From the NCBI GenBank assembly GCA_965242525.1, contig OZ251459.1, positions 3,200,001-3,264,000 of the forward strand: 64,000 bases of DNA, in the 5' to 3' direction. This stretch comes from an uncultured Candidatus Binatia bacterium. Its GTDB lineage: Bacteria; Desulfobacterota; Binatia; UBA9968; JAJDTQ01. Below the pieces are notes generated by a model. It searched no databases, had not been told where the DNA came from, and worked only from the letters and a program-made list of their open reading frames with translations. A program made the position numbers and the translations under genes. Shown here piece after piece: positions 20,565 through 29,528 of the stretch (positions are counted from its first letter, which is position 1; each line of letters opens with the position of its first letter).

Positions 20565-21668
20565 TCAGTCGGGTCGTTCGCGGGTGGCTCTCGTCCATTC
20601 CAAGCGTGCTTTCAGACGGTTCAGGGGCGTGCTCCAGGGTAGATGGCTTTCATGCTGGAGCCTTCCGACGATGATGCCCGGGGCTATCCCCTGTTCCCTG
20701 GCGAATCGGCGAACGGAGTCCGGATTGCGGATATCCGTAGCAAGAAACCGTTTCCACCGTGCGCGGGGAACGAGAAAATCACGCGCCCACCTGTCGGCTT
20801 CCAACTCCGGCTGTGAGTCTTCACCTTTCGCGTCCGTCTCGACGAAAACGGTCTTCTTGCTGTGCAGCAGAACGTGAGCCGCCTCGTGGAACAGGCTGAA
20901 CCACAGGTGGTCGTCCCTCTTGTGGCGTGCGGTCAACGCGACCACGGCCTTCCGCGGCGTCAGCCACCAGGCGGCTCCACTGAGAGCGGTCCGAGGTAGA
21001 GGTTCGATGAGCGCCAGCACGACGCCGGCCTCGTTGCAGAGGTTCCGCGCCGTTGCCAAGGCTTCCGGCACGGGCGTTCGTGTAAGGGAGCGGATTTCCG
21101 TCAGCGCCCTCTTGAACCGGGGTGCGTGGTAATCGACGCATCCCTGCCGTTCGGCCTCGATTTCTCCGAGACGGAGCCACGTTGCCAGCGCTGCCTCGTT
21201 ACTCTTGAAGCTGGGCGAATGGCGGTACGCGACCGGCATGGCGTCGTACTTCATGCGCCACGCTTCCACGGACCCGACCCCGAAGAAAGCCAGTAGCTCG
21301 GACAGGGTCTCGGACTCGGACAGGGATTTTCTCATCCATCCGCGCTTCACCAGTTCCTTGAGAGGAAAGGACCGCGCCCAGAGGGTTTCTCGCGTCCGGG
21401 ATTCGCGCGCCCGATGAAGCTGGTAACCGGCGTCGATGCCGAGCCAGATGCTGGCATCGACGCCCAGGACGCGCTCGAATTGCAGCGCCGTTTCCGGCTC
21501 CACCGTCGCCTTTCCCGTCATGATCTCGCTGATGAGCTTTGCGGAACGACCGCAGCGCCGGGCGAGTTCCGCCTGCGACATCCCGCGTGCCTCGAGATGC
21601 TCCTCCAGGACCGCTCCGGGCGGGACGGCGTAGTCCGGTCGGTATGGATGAGTCGTCTCCGTGTCCAT
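20565..21668 (-). CDS. higA: HigA-family HTH antitoxin fused to an ImmA/IrrE-type metallopeptidase domain
   Basis: VPPGAVL, HTH region, WFSLFHEAAHVLLH (HEXXH), ELEADRWA. Confidence 0.88.
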   Translation of the reverse strand: MDTETTHPYRPDYAVPPGAVLEEHLEARGMSQAELARRCGRSAKLISEIMTGKATVEPETALQFERVLGVDASIWLGIDAGYQLHRARESRTRETLWARSFPLKELVKRGWMRKSLSESETLSELLAFFGVGSVEAWRMKYDAMPVAYRHSPSFKSNEAALATWLRLGEIEAERQGCVDYHAPRFKRALTEIRSLTRTPVPEALATARNLCNEAGVVLALIEPLPRTALSGAAWWLTPRKAVVALTARHKRDDHLWFSLFHEAAHVLLHSKKTVFVETDAKGEDSQPELEADRWARDFLVPRARWKRFLATDIRNPDSVRRFAREQGIAPGIIVGRLQHESHLPWSTPLNRLKARLEWTRATRERPD

Positions 21669-21682
21669 GTCGTTACCCTCCC

Positions 21683-22018
21683 TCAGTGATAATCCACTAT
21701 TTCGACGATGGTGATGGCAGTCACCTGTCCCGTGTCGATTCCGCCGTCCGCGTCACGCGGAACGGGTTCGCAGGCGGGTTCGAAAACCAGCCGGCAGGGA
21801 TGCACGAGATCGACGGCGTATCGTCCCTTCCGGTCACTCTTCAGCAAGTGACATCGTTCCGGCTTGCTCCTCGGCGCCAGCGCCAGCGTTCGGGCATTCT
21901 CGAGGACTGCCAGGCGATTCATGATCGCCTGAGCCATGCGGTCGCCGTACGCCCTCCGGAGCGCGCTGGCGGAGTTGAACGCTTTTGCGAGCTTTCCGGT
22001 TCGGAAGACGATTTCCAT
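21683..22018 (-). CDS. higB: HigB/RelE-like toxin (killer-suppression family)
   Basis: MEIVF..., PERCHLLKSDRKGRYAVDL, C-terminal IVDYH; directly upstream of higA. Confidence 0.85.
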   Translation of the reverse strand: MEIVFRTGKLAKAFNSASALRRAYGDRMAQAIMNRLAVLENARTLALAPRSKPERCHLLKSDRKGRYAVDLVHPCRLVFEPACEPVPRDADGGIDTGQVTAITIVEIVDYH

Positions 22019-22034
22019 ACGGGCTTTGGATTTG

Positions 22035-22051
22035 GTTACCTATCAGGTAAC
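22035..22051. promoter_or_regulatory. Palindromic operator upstream of higBA
   Basis: GTTACCT-ATC-AGGTAAC. Confidence 0.55.
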
Positions 22052-22226
22052 AATTTACCAGGCTATCGGCAAGATGCAAACGGAGCAGATCGAGGTCTCG
22101 GCAAGAGGATCCGAGGGCGAGCGGGTCGAGCCGCGGCGCCTGCCGACCCCGGCGTCGGACGGTCGGACCAATTCGGAGTATATTCCGAACCGGCTCGACC
22201 GAATCGGAACAGAGTACGGGTTGGCA

Positions 22227-22310
22227 ATGTACGCTCGCACGCTCGGCATCGATCTACCGCGCGGACAATCGGCGTTCCTGTGGGGGGGCTCGCAAGACGG
22301 GCAAATCGAT
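22227..22310 (+). pseudogene. 5' remnant of an AAA+ (DUF4143-type) ATPase
   Basis: MYARTLGIDLPRGQSAFLWG + ARKTGKS Walker A once one G is removed from G7 (22282-22288); the frame ends at a REP B copy. Confidence 0.65.
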
Positions 22311-22324
22311 CCCGGCGGGAGAGG

Positions 22325-22367
22325 GCGTCCTTCGACTCCGCTTCGCTACGCTCAGGACGAACGGGGA
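22325..22367 (-). repeat. REP family B copy
   Basis: GCGTCCTTCGACTCCGCTTCGCTACGCTCAGGACGAACGGGG. Confidence 0.88.
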
Positions 22368-22423
22368 CAGGAAGGCCACGTGAGGGAATACCCCCGTCCA
22401 CGGCTCGATCGTCCAGGGTTTCC

Positions 22424-23749
22424 CTACGTCAGCCATGTGTTCACGCCGGTCAGGACCAGCGTGGACGCCACTGCGAACAGGACTGCGAACCGGAGGTTCG
22501 GCCCCAGGATGACGTTTGCCACGGAGACGCGGAACAGCGCGGTGGCGGTGGCCACCATGATGGCCGAGAGGCCGATCATGGACGAGCAGGCCCAGGCCAC
22601 GAGGACGCTCTCCATCAGCACCACGTCCGCCACATGGGTCGATAGCTCGGTGAACACCGTCAGCAGGAAGGTCACCGATACGATCTGGTGGACGCCCACG
22701 AGGGCTCCCAGCGTCGTGACCCCGACCATGAGGCCGATGACGGTGACGGACGGGAGGTCGAAGGCGCGGCTCCAGTCGAGGAACCCGGTGGTCATGAAGA
22801 CGTGCCGGACGACTCCCCCCAGGGCCAGCGACACGGTGAGGATGGCGATCTCGTTGCCGATGTGGGCCGTGCCTCGATACGTCTTGTCCAGCGTGGTCCG
22901 CAGCGCCGGCCACCCCTTCCCGGCCAGGACCAGGAAGCACAACGTGGGCACGCTCACGACCAATGCCTCCTGGGTGGACAGCTCGGTGAGGCCGGAAAGG
23001 ACCGCCACCATCAGGACGCAGAGGGCCACCGGCGGGACCATGGGCTGGAGGCTGCGGAGCGCGCGCCAGAGTCGGGCCATGCCCGCGTCCTGCGAGTACA
23101 TGAGGTGGGAGGCCGCCAGCGCGCCCGCGCCCAGGGACATCCCCAGCGCCATGACCTGCCACAGGGGAACCCCCGGGACGTACTGCGACGCCAGGGCCAT
23201 GGCGATCCAGAACGGCGACCACAGGCCCCCGAGGCTCCCGCCCCGATGGCAGGCCCGTATGGCCGCCAGGTACTCTTCCTTCGCCTTGCTCTCGCCGATG
23301 ATGGGCGCGGTGATGGCGTAGGCGCCGGGTCCCAGCACGACCGCCAGCAGGTGGCTGCCCACCAGGAAGCCGCCCAACCGGTGGTCCGGTTCGAGCCGCT
23401 CGAAGAGGGCGCGCGCGTTGACGACCTGCCGGAGCTGGTCTGCGGTTGCCCGCAAGAGGACGATGGCGCCGAAGAACCCGGCGAACATGGGCGCGGACCG
23501 GAAGCCCATGAGGACGGACGGAAGCCCCCCGTGGAGAAGGATGAGCAGGGCGGCCAGGGCGGTGAGGGAGCCGCAGAGGATGAGGGTGGGCCGGCGCAGG
23601 TGGACGAACACGCGCAGCAGGTACAACATCGCAACCACGACGCCCGCCTGCTCCAGGAGGTCGGAAGGCCATGTCTGCCTGACGAGCTGAACCGCCCAGA
23701 GCAGCAGCACCAGCGACTCGGGCCGCGTAAGCTGTCTTGCGAGCCCCAT
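22424..23749 (-). CDS. Multi-pass membrane protein, probable secondary transporter
   Basis: Many hydrophobic helices, LWSPFWIAMA motif; start chosen at MGLARQ. Confidence 0.7.
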   Translation of the reverse strand: MGLARQLTRPESLVLLLWAVQLVRQTWPSDLLEQAGVVVAMLYLLRVFVHLRRPTLILCGSLTALAALLILLHGGLPSVLMGFRSAPMFAGFFGAIVLLRATADQLRQVVNARALFERLEPDHRLGGFLVGSHLLAVVLGPGAYAITAPIIGESKAKEEYLAAIRACHRGGSLGGLWSPFWIAMALASQYVPGVPLWQVMALGMSLGAGALAASHLMYSQDAGMARLWRALRSLQPMVPPVALCVLMVAVLSGLTELSTQEALVVSVPTLCFLVLAGKGWPALRTTLDKTYRGTAHIGNEIAILTVSLALGGVVRHVFMTTGFLDWSRAFDLPSVTVIGLMVGVTTLGALVGVHQIVSVTFLLTVFTELSTHVADVVLMESVLVAWACSSMIGLSAIMVATATALFRVSVANVILGPNLRFAVLFAVASTLVLTGVNTWLT

Positions 23750-23844
23750 GCTTGTAGAACCCGGTCGGAATACGGCGCGTCGGGCCGATCTTCCGGCGCA
23801 GGTCCGCGGCGGCGCGAGACGGTTCGGCTCGAGAGCCGCTCCTG

Positions 23845-24312
23845 TTACCTTCCCTCGCGCTCGTGCAGGTTGGCGTGCTCCCTCGGTGTGGTGGGGCGCG
23901 TGTCCTTGCCGCGGCCCCTGGTGAACCGGAGCGTGCCCACGAACTTGACGTTGGCGCAGGAGTCGGCGCCGCCGGTGGCGCAGCCCTCGTCGGCGGGTAT
24001 CAGGAAGCGCAGCGGACCGCCCTTGTCCCTGGGCAGGGGCGCGTCGCCCATGCGGTAGGCGATGACCGCGTTGCGCAGCGCTTCCAGGGGCACGCTGGCG
24101 GCGAACCCGCCGTCGGTGGACTCCACGGTGAGATGGTCGAGGTCCGGGCTCGGCTCCACCCGATGGACGATGGCCCGGAGCGTCACCGCGCCGCCCACGC
24201 GACCCGGGACCAACGCGCCCACGTCCTCGATCTGACCGTCCAACGCCGCGAGTTGCCCGAAATCGAGATCCTGCGGCGGCTTCCCTTCCTGTTCGATGCG
24301 AAGGCCGCTCAT
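23845..24312 (-). CDS. Small molybdopterin-oxidoreductase-like domain protein
   Basis: STDGGFAASVPL, PLPRDKGGPLRFLIP, NVKFV. Confidence 0.7.
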   Translation of the reverse strand: MSGLRIEQEGKPPQDLDFGQLAALDGQIEDVGALVPGRVGGAVTLRAIVHRVEPSPDLDHLTVESTDGGFAASVPLEALRNAVIAYRMGDAPLPRDKGGPLRFLIPADEGCATGGADSCANVKFVGTLRFTRGRGKDTRPTTPREHANLHEREGR

Positions 24313-24384
24313 GGTCCGCCTCCTGTGGGTGAACCGCCGACCGCTGCAGGGCGGCGGCTCCCGTCGCCCTGCAAAGTCGCGGAG

Positions 24385-24816
24385 TTACCCCGGCATGCCG
24401 GTGCAGGGAGGGCACACGCCGTACAACACCACCTGGTGGTCTTCAAGGCGGAAGCCCTTGGGCGCCAAGTTCCCGAGACCGGGGGGGCAGCCCTGGATCT
24501 CGAACACGTCGTCGCACTCCCGACAGCGGAAATGGTGGTGGTGCTCCTTCCCCGACGCCTCGTAGCGAGGCGCTTCCCCGGGCATTTCCACGAGCACGAG
24601 CCGACCCTCCTCCACCATCCTGTGGACGGTGCGATAGACGGTGGCGATGCCCAGGCCCGGGGCCTTCGCCTGTGCGGCTTCGAGTATCTCCTGGGTGCCC
24701 AGCGGCCGGTTCGCTTCGAGCAGCACCCGCTGGATGACGCTGCGCTGCCGCGTGCGCCGGGAGCGGGGGCGATCCCGGGAAGACGTGTCGTCGGAAGGGG
24801 CCTTTCCGTCGGTCAT
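24385..24816 (-). CDS. Fur/Zur-family transcriptional repressor
   Basis: RTRQR, GIATVYRT, HHHHFRCREC, GVCPPC; divergent from the metal uptake operon. Confidence 0.9.
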   Translation of the reverse strand: MTDGKAPSDDTSSRDRPRSRRTRQRSVIQRVLLEANRPLGTQEILEAAQAKAPGLGIATVYRTVHRMVEEGRLVLVEMPGEAPRYEASGKEHHHHFRCRECDDVFEIQGCPPGLGNLAPKGFRLEDHQVVLYGVCPPCTGMPG

Positions 24817-25138
24817 TCGGGTCCTCCGGTCCTGCCGTGGCAGTCCAGCGTGCGGTTGGCCATCCCTGTCCCAGCCACGGATGAGAGTATACACCACCGC
24901 CCCTCGAACATGCAAAGCGAGGCCGCTGCGGAAGCCCGAGTGGTGTCGTGCGCGCACCCGGCTTGGCGAGCGGACGGAGGAGGCGACGGCGCCATCGACG
25001 CGAAGCGTCGTGCCATACATGATAAACGATATTCGTCTATCGTCAATCCCTGCCGTGCCGGGACCCATGGAGGCTCCAACCCTGCACAGACAAAGGGTTG
25101 AGGGACATGGGCCAGGAAAGTTTCCGGGACCGCTTGAC

Positions 25139-25162
25139 TAATTGATAATTCTTTCTTATTAA
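25139..25162 (+). promoter_or_regulatory. AT-rich Fur/Zur-like box upstream of the metal uptake operon
   Basis: TAATTGATAATTCTTTCTTATTAA in a GC-rich context, next to a TTGACT -35-like hexamer. Confidence 0.55.
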
Positions 25163-25197
25163 GGGCGGCAAGATTCCCCCTCGGTGAAGGAGGCTCT

Positions 25198-26649
25198 ATG
25201 AGAAGGTCTTTGGCAATGCCCGGATTCATCCTGGGCTGCGTGGCATGGGTGATGTCCGGCGCGGCCCCGGGAATTGCGGGCGCGGACGAGTCGGTGGACG
25301 CCCTCAAACGGCAATTGACGGAGATGCAGGAGAACATGGATGAACTGAAGGAGCGCATCCATCGACTAGAGGAAGAGGAGGAAACCGAATCCCAGCGGGT
25401 GACGCGGGTCGAGGATTCGGTGAAGGCGATCCAGAAGAGTCCGTCGATCGTGAACCCCTCCATCGGCATGGTCATCGACACCAGTTTCGATCGTCGAGGC
25501 GAGGACAAGGGGTCGTTCCATTTGCGGAGCGCGGAACTCGGTATCGCCGCGGAGGTGGACCCCTATGCCCGGGCCCATGCCTTCATCGTGGCTACGGACG
25601 ACGGTATCGAGCTGGAGGAGGCGGCCGTCACCACCACCTCCCTGCCCTACAACCTCACCGGTCAGGCGGGCCGGTTCTTCGCCGCCTTCGGGCGCTTGGC
25701 CCAGTTCCACCAGCACGAGCTCCCGTTCGTGAACACGCCGCTTTCCATCAACCGCATGGTAGGCGGCGAGGCTCTGGCCACCGGAACCCAGTGGACCTGG
25801 CTCCTCCCGACGCCGTTCTATCTCGCCCTCACCGGCGGGGTCTATAACGACATCGGCCATACCCACGGCCACGGCCATGCCGAGGGAGGGGAGGACGAGC
25901 ACGAGGGAGAGGGAGGCGAGCACGAAGGCGAGCATGAAGGTGAACACGAAGGCGAACACGAGGGAGAGGAAGGCGAGCACGAAGAAGGGCATGACGAAGA
26001 AGAAGGCGAAGACCACGACCACGATGAGGAGGGTGAAGATCCCGGCCACGAGGAGACGGGGCATGACCATGGAGGGGAAGGGGGCGGCGTCCGTTTCCTG
26101 AGCGAACTCACCTACCTGGCGCGGCTGCACACCTTCTTCGACTTGACCGATACCTTCAACCTCGAATTGGGCTCCTCGCTGGCTTATACGCCGCGGATGG
26201 ACGTCGACGAAGATTCGACGGATGACCGATCCCGGTTCGGCCTGGACCTCACGTTCCGGCACCGGCCCCTGACCGCGGACCTCTACGAGGGGTTCACTCT
26301 GGCCGGCGAGCTGTTCGGCAACGACCAGCGCTTCCATGACGTGGGACGACAGAAAGCCTGGGGCGGCTACGCCTACGCGCAGCTCGATTTCAATCCCGAG
26401 ATCCTGGGACGCTGGAACCTCGGTCTGTTGCTGGACGTGGCGCCGGACCTGGAGAAACCCGCGGCCAAGACCCGGAGCCTGTCTCCCTACATCTCGTGGT
26501 GGCCCAGCGAGTTCCATCGACTGCGCCTGCAGTACACCTACGGCTGGGACAAAGTGATGGAGACGCCTGACCACGAGGGCAGTCAGATCTATCTTCAGTG
26601 GACCGCGGTCCTGGGCAGCCACTCCCACGGTTTCCGCGAGCGGCAATGA
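25198..26649 (+). CDS. Metal-regulated outer-membrane protein with a coiled coil and a His/Glu-rich insert
   Basis: Signal peptide, coiled coil, NPSIG, VDPY, FGRL..HQHE, PSEFHRLRLQY, C-terminal GSHSHGF. Confidence 0.75.
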   Translation: MRRSLAMPGFILGCVAWVMSGAAPGIAGADESVDALKRQLTEMQENMDELKERIHRLEEEEETESQRVTRVEDSVKAIQKSPSIVNPSIGMVIDTSFDRRGEDKGSFHLRSAELGIAAEVDPYARAHAFIVATDDGIELEEAAVTTTSLPYNLTGQAGRFFAAFGRLAQFHQHELPFVNTPLSINRMVGGEALATGTQWTWLLPTPFYLALTGGVYNDIGHTHGHGHAEGGEDEHEGEGGEHEGEHEGEHEGEHEGEEGEHEEGHDEEEGEDHDHDEEGEDPGHEETGHDHGGEGGGVRFLSELTYLARLHTFFDLTDTFNLELGSSLAYTPRMDVDEDSTDDRSRFGLDLTFRHRPLTADLYEGFTLAGELFGNDQRFHDVGRQKAWGGYAYAQLDFNPEILGRWNLGLLLDVAPDLEKPAAKTRSLSPYISWWPSEFHRLRLQYTYGWDKVMETPDHEGSQIYLQWTAVLGSHSHGFRERQ

Positions 26650-26714
26650 AGTCCCGGGGCGCGTGGAGGAGCGGACCGGCTTTCGGCCGCGTCCGGAAGA
26701 AAGGAGTCGTGTTC

Positions 26715-27647
26715 ATGAAACGCTTGTCGAAACGGGGATCGGGTGCGGTGGTCGTCCTGTCGTTCCTGCTCACCTTCGGGGGCTCGGCGTTGGCGGAGAA
26801 GATCCGGGTGGTCGCCACCATTCCGGATCTGGCCGACGTCACGCGCCGGATCGGCGGGGACCGCGTGTCGGTCACGAGCCTGACCCGGGGCGTCCGCAAC
26901 ATCCACGCGGTGCAGGTCAAGCCGAGCATGGTGGCGCAGCTCAACCGTGCGGACGTGGTGGTGCTCATGGGGTTCTACCTGGAGCACTCGTTCCTGCCGG
27001 CCTTGCTCGACGTGGCCAGCAATCCGCGCATCTCTCCGCGGGGCATCGGCTACATCGACACTTCCCGCGGCATCGAGCCCATCGAGGCCCCGGAGACGCT
27101 CTCGCGCCGGGGAGGCGACGTCCACCCCATGGGCAATCCCCACTACAACCTGGATCCGGTCATGGGCCGGCGCATGGCCCGGAACGTCGCCGAGGGCCTT
27201 TCGAAAGCCTACGGCGAGCACCGTGCATTCTTCATGGAGAACCTCGACTCCTACCTGGCGGAGTTGGACCGCCTCATACCCCGGTGGCGGGCCAAGGCCC
27301 GGAGGCTCGACGGCGTCTCGTTCGTGAGCTACCACAAGAACTGGGGTTACTTCGCCCGACGTTACGGGATGCGGCAGTTCGACACCCTGGAGCCGGCCCC
27401 CGGGATCGGGCCGACGCCGGCCCACCTAGTGCAGTTGATCCAGCGGATGAAGGCCGCGAAGGTGCCGCTTGTGGTGTACGGCGCCTATCCCGCCCGCGTG
27501 CCGAAACGGGTGGCCCGGGAGACCGGGGCGACACTGGTCCAGGCGCCGCTGTACGTGGGCGGCCAGCCCGGCGTGGATACCTACGTCGGGTTGATCGACC
27601 ACCTCGTCACGAAGCTTTCCGAGTCGGTGGCCCCGGGAGGGTCATGA
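26715..27647 (+). CDS. Zn/Mn ABC transporter substrate-binding protein (ZnuA-like)
   Basis: VVATIPDLA, NIHAV, GDVHPMGNPHYNLDP, YHKNWGYF. Confidence 0.9.
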   Translation: MKRLSKRGSGAVVVLSFLLTFGGSALAEKIRVVATIPDLADVTRRIGGDRVSVTSLTRGVRNIHAVQVKPSMVAQLNRADVVVLMGFYLEHSFLPALLDVASNPRISPRGIGYIDTSRGIEPIEAPETLSRRGGDVHPMGNPHYNLDPVMGRRMARNVAEGLSKAYGEHRAFFMENLDSYLAELDRLIPRWRAKARRLDGVSFVSYHKNWGYFARRYGMRQFDTLEPAPGIGPTPAHLVQLIQRMKAAKVPLVVYGAYPARVPKRVARETGATLVQAPLYVGGQPGVDTYVGLIDHLVTKLSESVAPGGS

Positions 27648-28339
27648 CCCCGAACGGGGTCCGCGGACTTCCCGTCATCGAGTTTCGGGGAGCGTCTCTG
27701 GGGTACGACGGCGAGACCGTCCTCCGGGGAGTCGATCTCGATGTCCATGCGGGTGAGTTCGTGGGGCTCTCGGGAGCCAACGGGTCCGGCAAGACCACCC
27801 TCCTCCGGTCCATGCTGGGCTTCCTGCCGCTCCTTGGCGGACGGTCGGGAAGGGCGCTCCCTCCTTCCCGTATCGGTTACGTTCCCCAGGGCGCGACCCT
27901 CGACCCCTGCTTCCCGTTGAGCGTGGATGAGGTGGTGGCCATGGGCGCTTACGGTCGGCTCCACCCCTTGCGGCGGTTCCCCCGCGGGGAACGCAAGCGC
28001 GTCGAGGCGGCGCTGGAACGGGTGGGGCTGGCCCACCTGGGGCGAGCGGCGTTCTTCGAACTCTCGGGTGGACAACGGCAAAGGGTGCTGGTGGCCCGGG
28101 CCCTGAACCAGGACCCCGCGTTGCTGCTCCTCGACGAGCCGTTCTCGGGGCTGGATCGGGATTCCCGGGAAGCCGTCCTGCAAGGACTCGCCCTCATCAA
28201 CCGGCAGGCCCGGGTGACCGTGGTGCTGTCGAGCCACGACCGCGAGATCCTGGACCGGGGGTGCGGACGGGTGGTGCGCCTCGCCGACGGCCGCGTCCAT
28301 GACGACGCGGACGAAGATCCCGCTCCCGGCAGCCGGTAG
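27644..28339 (+). CDS. Metal ABC transporter ATP-binding protein (ZnuC-like)
   Basis: GANGSGKT, GYVPQ, LSGGQRQR, LLDEP. Confidence 0.92.
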   Translation: MTPNGVRGLPVIEFRGASLGYDGETVLRGVDLDVHAGEFVGLSGANGSGKTTLLRSMLGFLPLLGGRSGRALPPSRIGYVPQGATLDPCFPLSVDEVVAMGAYGRLHPLRRFPRGERKRVEAALERVGLAHLGRAAFFELSGGQRQRVLVARALNQDPALLLLDEPFSGLDRDSREAVLQGLALINRQARVTVVLSSHDREILDRGCGRVVRLADGRVHDDADEDPAPGSR

Positions 28340-28348
28340 GAAGACGGC

Positions 28349-29308
28349 ATGGACACGCTTCTGGAGGTCCTGAGCCCGTCCTTCCTCCTCTTTCCCGCGG
28401 TCCTGGGAAGCGTGGTGCTGGGACTCGTCTGTCCCGTGGTGGGCGGGTTTCTGGTCCTGAGACGCAGCGTGCTGCTGGGTCTGGCGCTGCCGCAACTGGC
28501 CGCCGCGGGCGTCGCCGCCGCGTCGTGGGCCCATCACCTCGGGCTGGTTCCCGACTCGGGGCACACGGACCCTTTCGTTCACGAGTCCCATCGCCTGCTC
28601 GCCTACGGCGGCTCGTTGGCCTTCACCTTCGCAGGGATGCTCCTGCTGGGTTGCATCGACCGTAACGGCGCCGGGCGCACGGAGACGCGCCTGGCCGTGA
28701 CGTACGCCCTGGCGGGGTCGCTCACGGTCCTCCTGGTGGCGGCGCATCCCTTCGGCGACGCAGCCATCCTCGGTTTCGTCAAGGGGGAGGTCGTGGCGCT
28801 GTCCCTGGCCGAGCTCGCCGCCCTTGCCGCCGCCTGTGCCCTGGCGCTGTCGTGCGTGCTCGTCTTTCGTCGGGAGTTGCTGCTGTCCTCCTTCGACCGC
28901 GACCTGACCCTTCTCCTCAAGGGAGGCGTCGTCGCCTGGGACGTGCTGCTCTACCTGGCGGCGGGCGTGGTCATTGCGTCGGGGGTGATCGTCGCCGGGC
29001 CTCTGCTGGTCTTCGGCCTCCTGATCCTGCCGCCGGTGGCGGTACGCCCCCTGGTTTCCCGCATGGCGACCTATTTCATCGGGTCCGCGTTGCTGGGGGT
29101 CTTCATCGGCTTGGCGGGGTTCGTGGTGTCCTACCGGCTCGACTTGCCCTTGGCGCCCACGGACGTGGCGTTGGGGTGCGCCCTGATTCCGGTCACCTAC
29201 GCGCTCGCACGGCTCGGGCGGAAGGCCCGGTCCGCGGGTTTGCCAGGCGTGCTGCCGGCGCGAGGCAACGGGAACGAGCCGTCCGGCAAGCCGCCTCCGC
29301 GCCCCTGA
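28349..29308 (+). CDS. Metal ABC transporter permease (ZnuB-like)
   Basis: VGGFLVLRR, SFDR, GPLLVFGLLILP. Confidence 0.88.
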   Translation: MDTLLEVLSPSFLLFPAVLGSVVLGLVCPVVGGFLVLRRSVLLGLALPQLAAAGVAAASWAHHLGLVPDSGHTDPFVHESHRLLAYGGSLAFTFAGMLLLGCIDRNGAGRTETRLAVTYALAGSLTVLLVAAHPFGDAAILGFVKGEVVALSLAELAALAAACALALSCVLVFRRELLLSSFDRDLTLLLKGGVVAWDVLLYLAAGVVIASGVIVAGPLLVFGLLILPPVAVRPLVSRMATYFIGSALLGVFIGLAGFVVSYRLDLPLAPTDVALGCALIPVTYALARLGRKARSAGLPGVLPARGNGNEPSGKPPPRP

Positions 29309-29464
29309 CCCGCCTGCCGACGGAAACCGGGTCCACCGCGGACGTCGACGCGGACGCGCTGAGCCTCGACGGGCCCCGCCTGCCGGCGGAAACACTGGGT
29401 CCACCGCGGAAGCATGGTCCGGAGTCACGGTCCCGCTTTGGATTCCCTCGCCCCGGCCCCTGCC

Positions 29465-29508
29465 TCCGTTCGTCCTGAGCGTAGCGAAGCGAAGTCGAAG
29501 GACGCGAT
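29465..29508 (+). repeat. REP family B copy between convergent genes
   Basis: CCGTTCGTCCTGAGCGTAGCGAAGCGAAGTCGAAGGACGCG. Confidence 0.88.
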
Positions 29509-29528
29509 CCTGGCCTGCGCCGGCCTCC

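Noticed and set aside
29308-29411. Two direct repeats of about 35 bp (CCCGCCTGCCG-CGGAAAC-GGGTCCACCGCGGA) separated by about 33 bp, resembling a mini-CRISPR
   Set aside because: Only two imperfect copies, no leader and no cas genes in the window; more likely a local duplication
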